From the NCBI GenBank assembly GCA_043228905.1, contig JBHGNT010000004.1:16244001-16308000 (forward strand): a stretch of DNA of 64,000 bases, in the 5' to 3' direction. The notes under the pieces were generated by a model that saw nothing but the letters and a program-made list of their open reading frames with translations, did not search any database and was not told the origin of the DNA. This DNA is from Azolla caroliniana. Its lineage: Eukaryota > Plantae > Polypodiophyta. The stretch's first letter is position 1. Every line of letters begins with the position of its first letter. This document shows, piece after piece, positions 10,911 to 21,603 of the stretch. The position numbers and the translations under genes are program-made.

Positions 10911-13900
10911 ATGTTTTCTGTGTTTCACCGAACTGTGTACTCTGTGTCTTTTGTGCACACGCTTCTGCACGTATTCCTTTACATGGTATCAGAGCATGAG
11001 GGTTGAGACTCCTCTGCAGCCGACATAAAAGAAAGCGATAAAGACAAAGTCAAGTTTTTTCGATTTTGGAAATGATACGACAACAATATGGACAGAGGAA
11101 TCAGAAGCTCGCTACCGACTGAGAAGCTCGACGGGAGCAACTACGCATCTTGGTCTTACCAGATGAACCAGTACCTGCTCGGTCATGGTTACTGGAGTTA
11201 TCTCGATGGAGCTAATGACGCAGCACCCAAATCGATACATAGAGATTTCCCGGACTGGGAACAAGCAGCAAGCAAAGTTCTCTACTGCTTCGTATCCTGT
11301 GTGAGCGATCAGCTTCTGAGCTACATTTGGGATGCGAAGACGCCAAAGGATGCTTGGGAAAATCTGAAAAAGATTTTCGCCGCGAGCACCACAACCAGAA
11401 AGCTCCAACTCAGGCAAGAGTTTAGCAATGTTCGACAATGAGATATGTCAGTGGCTGACTACACCTCCAAGATCAAGGACATCTGTGACTCTCTCGCCTC
11501 CGTCGATGTAAACATCGAGGAGGACGAAATGGTGCAAGTTTGCCTCGGAGGGTTAGCGTCGAAGTTCAGAGCTTTCCAAACTGCGGTCTATACGAGGGAG
11601 AATACGCCGTCATTTTTCAACTTACAATCAATGCTCCTAGTAGAGAAGAACCATGCGAGTGCATCAACGACTACGCATGCCAACAGCAAGATGTTGTACA
11701 TGGAGGAAGATAGGCCCAGTGATCATGGCGGACGAGGTGAGTGGGTGCACAATGGAGGTGGCCGACAGGAGCAAGATGGAAGGCATGGTTATAATGCTAA
11801 CAATAGTTCCAGACCCTCCGGAAACAGGGGGAGTCGAGGTGGCGGCGGAAACCGGCAAGGGAAACCTGTCGCGGAATGTTGGTACTATGGCAAGAAAGGC
11901 CACTAGGAGAGCGAGTGTTGGAAGAAACGTGTCAATTCAGAGAAAACCGCATCCAGATCTAGGCGGACCGAACAAGGAAATCAGCAGCGATCGCACTACG
12001 CCAAGGGCTCCAAACGAGCCGGAAATGGATCGGGTTCAGCCTTCGTAATGAAGCACAAGGCCAATTTGATGGCGGTGAACACCTCGAAACCAACGAGGTG
12101 TGGTATGTTGACTCCGGAGCGTCAAATCATATGATGAGTCACGAGGAATGGTTCTCGTACTTGGAGAAACTGGAAAAATAAGGAGTGGTCGAAATTGGAG
12201 ACGACACTCCGCATACCATCGAACATATCAGAGAAGTTCCCCGCAGCCACGTCGTGCAGAAAGGGAAACTCATGAACACGTTGCACGTCTCGACAATAAC
12301 CAAGAACCTAGTGTCGGTTGGACAGATCATCGACCAGGGGATGCTAGTTCGATTAACGCTTCTTGGTTGTTACATCGAAGAGGAAGGCAAGATAATCGCG
12401 TGAGGGCGTTGTGAAGGGAGGATGTTTATCCTCGAGACCAACGACGTAGGCACCATTATGTTCACAAAAGGGAAAAAGGTCGAATCGGATATCAACCTGT
12501 GGCACAAGCGGTTCGGCCACGTAAATTTCCTGAAGCTTCAAGAAATGCAGATGAAAAACATCGTTTTCGGCTTGCCGAAAAGGCCAAGTCTGCGAAGTCT
12601 GCCAGTTGGGAAAGCATCATCGACTTCCATTCCGCAATGATCGTAACCGGAGTCGAAATCCGCTCGATGTGAGCCATTCATATGTATGGGAACCAGCACA
12701 GAACGTGAGTCTCAGTGGAAGCCAATATTACGTGACTTTCATCAATGACTTCTCTCGGCACACTTGGGCATGCTTTATCACGAAAAAGAGCGAACTCTTC
12801 GCATGTTTCCTGAAGGTAAAGAGCCTTGCGGAAAGGGAAACCGGACGAAAGATCAAGTGCCTAAGGTCCGATGGTGGGAAGGAGTACTTATCTGACCAGT
12901 TCTTGAATTATCTACAGGACGAAGGAATTTGGCACGAATTCTCCTGTCGATACACGTCGCAGCAGAATGGCGTGGCCGAGCGGAAAAAATCGGAAGATCG
13001 AAGAGGCGGCCAGGGCAATGCTCGAAGAGAAGCATATGCCAAAATTTTATTGGGTTGAAGCCATAAGGACAGTTGTTTACCTGCAGAATCGGACTTCTAC
13101 TAATGGAGGAGTGTCGCCACATCAATTTTACTTCACGAAGAAGCCGAACTTGGCACACTTGAGGGTTTTCAGAGGAAGCTGGACGCCAAAGCCGAGAAGT
13201 GTATCTTGGTTGACTACTCAGATGAATAGAAGGGTTATAAGCGTTATAACCCCCGAACCAAACAAGCTCGTGTAAGTCATGATGTTGTGTTCGACGAGTC
13301 TGCGTCGTGGTACTTGCCTTTGCCTCCGATCACTAATGAAGAGGTCAGCAAGGCTGAAATGCCTCGGGACGAAGGAGACATCGGAGCTCCTGAAGAGAGT
13401 CTGATCTCATTCTAGCTAAGTGGGCCGAATGAGCAACTAGGTCGGCATGACCAGTCAGACGCAGAGTCGGCGAGTAGTGGTGACTCAGCCATGCATTCCC
13501 CACGCAAGAAGCCGAGGAGACGGGTTACGCACGAAGAGAAGGGAAAGGAGAAGATGCCAGAGTACGACACTCATAAGGACGAGTCAGATCGAAGAGAATC
13601 TGACTCCAAGAAGAATGAAGAAGGACCTCCGGAACCGAAGTCCGTGTCGGCCAAGAGGGCTTCAAAATCGGCTAATGAGCAATTACGTCAATCTACTTGC
13701 CACAAGAACCCTATGGTGCGCTTTGGATACATGGCGCATCATTACGCGTACATGACGCGAGTGGTGGAAGTGCGTGAGCCGGAGAGCTACACAAAAGCGG
13801 CGAAGGACGCGAACTGGCGTGCCACGATGAAGGAAGAGATGTGTGTGTTATCAGAAAATAAAACTTGGGACCTGGTTGATGCACCAAAAGGTGTGAAGCC

Positions 13901-15934
13901 GATCGGATGCAAATGGATGTACAAGGTGAAGTACAACACCAATGGCTCAGTCAACCGATACAAGGCCCGGTTAGTGGCGAAAGGCGACGCGTAGAAGCAC
14001 GGCGTCGATTACGACGAGACCTTCGCGCCTGTCACAAAGATGACCATTGTTCGTGTTCTGTCAGTCGTAGCCGCGGCAAAGAGCTGGCACTTACATCAGA
14101 TGGATGTAAAGAATGTGTTCCTGCAAAGTGATCTTGAGGAACATGTGTACATGGTACAGCCCCCCGGATTTCTATCCGACCATGCAGCGTCTACATCGTC
14201 TGGGGTTTACGACATCCAAATCGGACTCTTTATTGTTCATTCGGCAAGGTCAACATGGACCGGTTAGTCTTTTACTTTATGTTGATGATTTAGTCATCGC
14301 CGGTGCTGACCTAGATGAAATCGGCTGTGTAAAGTCTCAGCTTGCGGCATCATTCGACATGAAGGATCGAGGGGACCTTCATTACTTCCTAGGGATCGAA
14401 CATCAATCAATTGATGTCCGATCCCACATCCGAACATTTTCAGTGTGCGCAGAGAATATTGTGATATGTCAGCAGCACTAAGGACATGGTGTTGCTATAT
14501 TAGGCAGGAGTAATTGAACAGTTAGTTGGTTACATAGATGCCGATTGGGCCAGAAATGCCAGTGATCGTAGATCAACATTAGGATACGCATTCTCGTTGA
14601 GAATTACAGCGATCACGTGAAGCAGTAAGAAGTGGCCGACAGTGGCACTGTCAAGCACGGAGGCCGAGTACCGAGGGGTGGCTATCACTCCATGCGAAGT
14701 CATTTGGCTCAAAAGGCTACTTAAGGATCTTCATGTGGAGGTGTCCACTCCGACGACGATCTACTGCGACAACCTCAGCAGCATCCAACTAGAGAAAAAT
14801 CCCATATTCCACGCTTGGACCAAGCACATTGAGGTGCACTACCATTTTGTTCGCGAGCATGTCCTCTCCGGTGACGTTGAACAAGTGTATGTTCCGAAGG
14901 GTCGATAGACTGCCGATATTTTCACCAAGCCTCTTGGTCTCGACAAGTTGCAGCAATTCTCGGGTGCGCTTGGGTTGCGCCACCTGGATGTGCCGAACTT
15001 GAGGGGGAGACAACAAGAACAAGAGTGTGAGAGGGGTGGAAGTGACCGTGATTCCGAGTCGGATGAAGAATTCGATTTCGGGTCGGTTGTAGAAGCCGAA
15101 GGAGAAGAAAGGGGCGGCAACCGTAGGGAAGAGCCGAAGACAGCCGAGCTAGGGGGAGATAAAGCCAAGAAGGGCGAAAAGACCAAGACCAAGACATGGT
15201 CGGATGTGATCAAGGGCCTGAAGACAGAAGACGAATTGGAGACTGCCAATTCGGGCGAAAGCGAAGACGAATCAGAAGCGACCGATTCAATCGAAATGTT
15301 CAATTCGGACATGCCGAATCAATTGAAGGCCAAGCGGAGGAAAGGGCAGCGAAAGGGGCGCCAACACCGCAACAACAAGGGAGCTGAGAAAGGCTGCATG
15401 AGCAGACAAGCTGACCAAATGGGTCGAAGCGCGCGCAATCGAACGGGTCAAGGAGCACGAGCAAGGTGTGAGGCCAGCAGAAGCCGGAACGAAGATCCGG
15501 AAGAGCAGATAGAACCTCAAGTTGAGCTTGAGGGGGAGTGTTGAGATACAATCTCAACATTGGGTGCGTAAACCGGTCCATAAACCAGTGCGTCGACTAG
15601 GTGCATAAACTGGGTGCGCAACGAGAGGCCGTAGCGGTGCGTAAACTGGGAGACCATTGGAAGATATTCTGCGGAGGAATATATTTTGGGAGTTAGTGTA
15701 GAAGCTCATTGATGAGCATTGAAGTACGTGTCAGTACTTCTGTCAGTCCGTATGGACTTGTATAAAAGTGCTCTCTGAGCACATCCTATGTACAGAGTGT
15801 TATTTTCTTGCAATAGAATTGTTGTCTACTCTCTCTGCCTCTCCCTCTTCTTCTTCTCTCTGTGTTTTCTGTGTTTCACCGAACTGTGTACTCTGTGTCT
15901 TTTACGCACATGCTTCCGCACGTATTCCTTTACA
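10911..15934 (+). mobile_element. Decayed Ty1/Copia element of the same family as 6930-10909; 5' LTR truncated (10911-10983), 3' LTR 15539-15934
   Basis: Met PBS at 10984-10995. gag starts MDRGIRSSLPTEKLDGSNY at 11088. PR, IN, RT and RH fragments with many stops. PPT GAGGGGGAG before TGTTGAG at 15539. The LTR end matches 10911-10983. Confidence 0.92.
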
Positions 15935-16094
15935 CCCAAGGATATTGGAGATGAATGCCTAGTGCATATGCACTTAGCTTCTATATTGTCAGACAATAAG
16001 GCCCCAAGTGTTCCTAACTTATCCAAATATCCACAACGACCTTAATCTTACAGTAACAATGATGCAAAGAGTTTTGCAGACTTAGCAAGGTTTA

Positions 16095-17630
16095 CTCCCG
16101 CTAGTGCTATACATGCAACTAGACAATATGGCGAGAGAAAACAAGAACTCGACTGTGTTTGGTTATTTAAGCATGTTAGTAGACAAGGGTATTTTCAAAA
16201 AGATTAAGGTCAACTTCTTACTAGTTGGTCACACACATGATTAAATAGATCAAATGTTTAGTCGGTTCTCCAAGAAATTAGCGAGATGTGATGCTTTCAC
16301 ACTTCCTGTGTTGTCAAAGTTGATCACTAAAGCTTATACCCCAAAGCCAGATGTACAACATTTAGATGAAGTTTATGATTTTAAAAGATTCTGTGTGAAT
16401 GGTGATGGGACTCAATGTAGGGTTCTTGCTAATCTTAATAAGATAAGTTTTAACCATGTCTTCCTCATCCACAAAAGTGTGATCGGTCACAACCAGACGA
16501 TATTGTATGTCAAACAATACTCATCTAGTTCACAATGGGATGTAGGCTCTTATTGCATTTCCCAGATGCAGTAATCTATGGTGCAGAACAAATACCCTAT
16601 GACGACCACAAAAGATTGGCTACTAGTAGTTCAATTGAAGAGTAAAAGATATATTGGAGCTCTTATTGCATTTCCTAGATGCAGTAATCTATGGTGCAAA
16701 ACAAATGCCCTATGACGACCACAAAAGATTGGCTACTAGTAGTTCAATTGAAGAGTAAAAGTTATATTGGACACAGTGCCTTGAGGAAAAACACAAAAAT
16801 ATTGAGAGAGCCAGAAAGTACGTTGGTGATTAGGATGTGGAATGATGGGATGACTTCTTTAATCATCAACGTACGATATTAGATAACTACTTTGCGAGAG
16901 TATGGCAACTACAAAATCAATTCGAATGGAATATTGGTGGCCCATCAATGGAGAGCGCGACTCGTTTACAACCACTAGATAATCTTCAATGGAATAATCT
17001 AGTTCGTCCACGACAAAGAGATATTTACATGGGACCAAGATTATCGCATGTTGTTGAGGCGAGATGGCAAGGCAATCTACATGAGTTGCAAGTTGGTATG
17101 TTGGTTGCAACATTAGCTGGGGGTGATAAGTTGGGCCATCCCTTTTGGATTGCTAAAATCATTGAAATTATTAAGGATGATGAACGCAATCAAGTTCAAT
17201 CCATTGTGGTTCATTGGTATCATACCTCTTCCAAAGATGCATTTACTCTAGGAAGTACTCTTTAGAGATGGTTAAGGATGTCGAAGGCACAAGCAAAAAG
17301 CGAAGAAGAAAGAATCTACCCAGCACGTCTACTCTAACACTTGATAATGTCAACATACTCGTGTATGCATTCTCATTGATCAAAACAGACCATCTAAGAT
17401 AGACTACAATCAAGATAATAAAAGAGAAGGTTCCAGATGTGCCTGTTGATGCATTACTGATACGAACAAGGAGTATATCTCATAATCACGGTGACGTTGG
17501 ATTGTAATTGGATGAAGACAATGCATTGGTTGCTAGTGATGATGAGGATGAGTCCTCACAAAGCTCTTCTAGTTCATCGGGTGGGTCTAAAGGGGAAGGT
17601 GTATCTTTGGGATGTGATGGATCTCATATA
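16095..17630 (+). pseudogene. Decayed DNA-transposon transposase C-terminal half, Sola1/DUF7869-like; internal 113-bp tandem duplication at 16546-16771
   Basis: LYMQLDNMARENKNSTVFGYLSMLVDKGIFKKIKVNFLLVGHTHD*IDQMFSRFS motif, a C-terminal LQVGMLVA...PFWIAKI...VVHWY segment, and several stops and frameshifts. Confidence 0.65.
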
Positions 17631-18010
17631 TGAAATGTAAATATTGTATATTACATCAATATGGCGATTCACAAATATGTATAAGTATACATGTTAGTCA
17701 TTTTGTACGTTACTACATTCTCTTGTAAATTTCACACGTCGATTATTAGGGGTATTTTTTGATAGCCCTAAATTTTTGGACATGGTATAAATCAATATAT
17801 TTTGATTCAATTTCCAAAACCCTTTACGCATGCAATGGTCCTTTTTGTGAAATGACCTACTTTGTGTCTTTTTTGGATGGATTGTTCTTAAATTGCGACA
17901 TATTACCTATTTCAAATGACCCGGTGTTAGAGGATAATAAATTACAAAATTTAATTTTATACGGGTACCAAACATGAAATACATCAAAGGATTAATCCAA
18001 ATCATATACA

Positions 18011-18517
18011 ATGAGATTATCTAGACTCCATACCATGGAGTGTCTTAGAACAGGTTGACAGTCATTACATGGAGTGTCTTAGAAGGGGTCAATAAATAAA
18101 GAAGTTACAGATGTATGATTTGCAATAAAGCTTCAAAGGGATATCCTCAATTTTTTGCTTAGAGGTCCAGCGAGATGGCTTCGTTGTTGCTATTTCATGT
18201 TGCATCACAAAAGCACCCTCTTTTTCATTGTTTTCACTTGTTGAAGCATAGTTATTTTGTTGTCTCTTCCCTCTTTTTTCATCATTTTGCCTTTTATAAC
18301 ATTCAACTTGCGTATGGCTTGGTTTTCGACAATAATTGCCATCATCACCTCATATTGCAAATGATCTCCAACGCAATGAGATTATCTCAGCTCCGTTACA
18401 TGGAGTGTCATAGAAGCGGTAGATAGATAAAGAAGTTAGAGATGTATGATTTGCACTAATACTACAAAGGGATATCCTCGATTTTTTGTTTAGAGGTCCA
18501 AGAAGATTGCTTCATTG
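18011..18517. repeat. Diverged direct duplication of about 140-175 bp (18011-18186 and 18376-18517)
   Basis: Shared ATGAGATTATCT...CATGGAGTGTC.TAGAA...GATGTATGATTTGCA...AAAGGGATATCCTC...TAGAGGTCCA. Confidence 0.7.
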
Positions 18518-19626
18518 CCAATGGTCTCCAACACCCTCTTAATTTGCTACCCCAAGCTTGTTCAAGATTTCAATAAATAGCCTTTCCCCTTTGATCCAAA
18601 ATTCTACCCCCAACAAGCAGCTTTTCTCTACCTTTTATAGGTAAATCAAGAGGGCCCTCTTTTGTAGGACTTGAACATGAGACTCACACAAACGCAAAAT
18701 ACCTTGCTAAGTTGCCAACAATGTCTTTTGGATGACATACATACAATGTCTCTTTAAGAGGCTCTTAGATGAGGCACCACATCTTTTTTAATATTCAGAA
18801 TTATTTACTTCTTTTGTTATTTTACTATTTATTATTGTTTATTTCAACAAGAGAAAACAAGATTTTGAAGTATTCAAAATGTTATCATCAAGCGATCACA
18901 TACAATAAAGCCCCATTGGCAATAATAGTCAGTTTATGAGAGATTACGGTGGTAATACAAAGGTTGGTATATCAGAAACTAATGAAATTGTCGAATGTGT
19001 TAAAAAGGAGACTGAGCTAGCAAAAGAAGCGATCACAAAGTAACAAGGTTTCAGTATTATTCTTGAGCATGGCAACACCCCTCGGCATGTACACACTACC
19101 TTTTCAAACAACAAATATACTAATGACCTCTTCCAACTAATAAGTGCGGCTGTGTGATTCAGAGAGCACAAGACTTGCTGATGTGCTGCTACTCTATGGG
19201 ATTAAAAGATTTGTCTAAAAACGTGATGGTTTAGGTTATTAGAACTTCCCAACCACTAATTGTTGTCAACGATCGTGATTAAGGGGTTTGTTCCTGAACA
19301 CGATAAATAATGTTCATTGGAATTTGGGGCCTTCTTCAGATGCGGTGGAAGGTGTGGATTAGGTTAGGAGTTATTAGGCCTTGCATGGGACAAAATATGA
19401 GGAGGTTAAAGATTAGCTATAAATAATAATGAGGCCTTATAACAGGATAGCAGTGATAAGAAGCGAAGGGTTGATACAAACAAAGCCAGTAAAGGATGAG
19501 GTTTTTGGGCATAATATCTGAATCTCATGAAGCTCCAAGCAAATTCAGGTTTTCTCCCTTCCTACCTAAAGTTTCCCTAGACCACCAGAGTGGGGTGTGG
19601 GTGTGTGTGTGTGTGTGGACATGTGA

Positions 19627-21177
19627 TTAAATCCTAAGCAAGAGAATGCTGATCTCAGGTCCCCCATGGCCATCAGGATTCATCATATAGAAGGCCTCGC
19701 AATCGTTGGAACCGATGACTCGCTCGAAGCGCGAGCGAATGTATAAGATATCATCATCGTCACCTTCCTTATCGGCTAAGCCACCTTCCTTATGAGCAGC
19801 TCCTGATGGGGCCGGAAGGATGCCAGCACCCATCGATACGGCCTGCATTACCGAGAGGACTTGGAGGTCGGCGTGGGCGGGTGGGCGCCCATTAGCAACC
19901 CCTAACTTGCGGCCGTTGCAATACATTATCCATGTGGGCTCCTCCACCAGCAGCAAATCCTCACATCGAGGCCTCTGTACCTGTCGGCTCTGCGCCCGCT
20001 CCGCATCATGATCCTCCGCCACCATCAGCTCTTGCAAATTAGTGGAGCGCCCCATCAAGGTGGATGAGTAGCTACGTCCACCATAGCTGCGGCTCTTCAT
20101 AGCACGGCCGAGAACACCTCGAGGAGGAGTGCGGTCTGGCAGTGCAGCTGAAGCGATTACACGATGAGGGTGAGGGTGAGGGTGAGGGTTAGGGTTAGGG
20201 TTACTGGTGCATTCGAGGGCGATCCGGACGGGACCATTGGCCATTTGGACGATGAGTTGGCTGGTTTGGATGGCGAGGTCTAGTAGCATCATCAAAGGAG
20301 ATGATGATGATGGTGGTGGTAGGCGAGGGTAAGGGCAAGGGCAAGGGCTAGGGTTAGGGTTAGGGTTAGGGTTAGGGTTAGGGTTAGGGCTACTCCCGCA
20401 TTTCTTACTCCTATCTCCGGGCAGCGCCATGGCATAGTCTTGAATGGCGAGTTGCATCCTTCCTTTCCTTGTGCCGAACAAGGTGCCGGTGACAAGGTGA
20501 GGCGCTGGCCTACAGGACATCATGGAGGAGGCGGCACAAGCGCTGGCCGGTGCAACCGCCACATTGCGAGAGACCAAAGAATCGATACTAGAGAAGCTAC
20601 GAGTCCTGTAGCGTCCCCTCCCACGACTACTAGTAGCAGTAGTAGTAGATGTAGTAGTAGAAGTAGTAGTAGTAGTAGTAGAGGAAAGAGCACTAGTTTC
20701 GGCTATTGGCGGAGGCAGCTGTGGAGAAAGAGAATGTACTGAAATAGAAGCGGAAGAATGTAGCGATTCAACAGGATATTGGGTCACCGCATGGCTACCA
20801 CTTCTCCTCCTCCTTCTGCTACTTCTGATACCTTCGCTGGTGGTGGTGGTGGTGGTGGTGGTGGCAGTGGCAGGCCACGATTTCTGACTGCTGCGCTCAG
20901 CTGTATCCTCCACATTCGTGTTCACAACGTCGACGGTGGTGCAGAGCAGAGAATGGAGAAGGGAACGAAGAGCTCGAACCAGCTGGTGTTGGTGCTGGTG
21001 CTGGTGCTGGTGGCGATGGAGATGGCGATGGTGATGGTGATGATGATGGCGAGGTGGAGATGGAGGTGGAGATGGAGGTGGAGGTGGAGATGGAGATGGA
21101 AGAGCGAGGGACGCAGAACAGTTGGTGGTGGGACCAAAACTGAGGCGGGAGAGGGAGGTGTGCTCCGCCATGGCCAT
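19627..21177 (-). CDS. MIZ1: MIZU-KUSSEI 1-like protein (DUF617), intronless, 516 aa
   Basis: Intact ORF with DUF617 motifs VTGTLFGTRKGRMQLAIQ, GPVRIALEC, EEPTWIMYCNGRKLG, VSMGAGILP, LYIRSRFERVIGSNDCEAFYMMNPDGHGGPEISILLLRI. Family membership is clear; orthology is not established. Confidence 0.93.
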   Translation of the reverse strand: MAMAEHTSLSRLSFGPTTNCSASLALPSPSPPPPPSPPPSPPRHHHHHHHRHLHRHQHQHQHQHQLVRALRSLLHSLLCTTVDVVNTNVEDTAERSSQKSWPATATTTTTTTTSEGIRSSRRRRRSGSHAVTQYPVESLHSSASISVHSLSPQLPPPIAETSALSSTTTTTTSTTTSTTTATSSRGRGRYRTRSFSSIDSLVSRNVAVAPASACAASSMMSCRPAPHLVTGTLFGTRKGRMQLAIQDYAMALPGDRSKKCGSSPNPNPNPNPNPNPSPCPCPYPRLPPPSSSSPLMMLLDLAIQTSQLIVQMANGPVRIALECTSNPNPNPHPHPHPHRVIASAALPDRTPPRGVLGRAMKSRSYGGRSYSSTLMGRSTNLQELMVAEDHDAERAQSRQVQRPRCEDLLLVEEPTWIMYCNGRKLGVANGRPPAHADLQVLSVMQAVSMGAGILPAPSGAAHKEGGLADKEGDDDDILYIRSRFERVIGSNDCEAFYMMNPDGHGGPEISILLLRI

Positions 21178-21225
21178 GGGAGAAGAGAAGGAAGCGGACT
21201 GATTTACGGAAAGTGATACTAATTA

Positions 21226-21227
<2 letters not shown>

Positions 21228-21256
<29 letters not shown>

Positions 21257-21345
21257 TGTATGTATGTACATACAGAAACACACACACACACACACATGCA
21301 GATGTATGTATATATGTATGTATGTATGTACGTACGTACGTACGT
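21228..21345. repeat. (ATGT)n and (CA)n microsatellites just upstream of the MIZ1-like start codon
   Basis: Directly visible simple repeats. Confidence 0.9.
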
Positions 21346-21595
21346 TTGTCCTTGCCTAATAATAGGCCATATATGTAAATAAAAGCAAAATGATTTCTTT
21401 TAATTAAACTTTAAAAAAAAAGGGGTGAGTCCAGTCAAGCCACACAGTGTATGTACATATATATGTGTATGTGATACCGCCACTTGTCATGTTCTCACGT
21501 GCGCAAATTCTCTCCCTCCGCCTTGGCTTGCGGGGGGCAGGGCCGGCCAGAATTAGACAGAGTTGTTATTTGACCAAACCCTTCTTCCCCGTTCG

Positions 21596-21603
21596 TTTTT
21601 ATA
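21596..21603 (-). promoter_or_regulatory. Candidate TATA box for the MIZ1-like gene
   Basis: TATAAAAA on the - strand about 420 bp upstream of the ATG, with a GA-repeat just upstream and a CACGTG at 21496-21501. Motif evidence only. Confidence 0.35.

Noticed and set aside
20351-20386. Interstitial telomere or chromosome fusion scar
   Set aside because: Only six hexamers, not the plant TTTAGGG heptamer, and in frame within a CDS.
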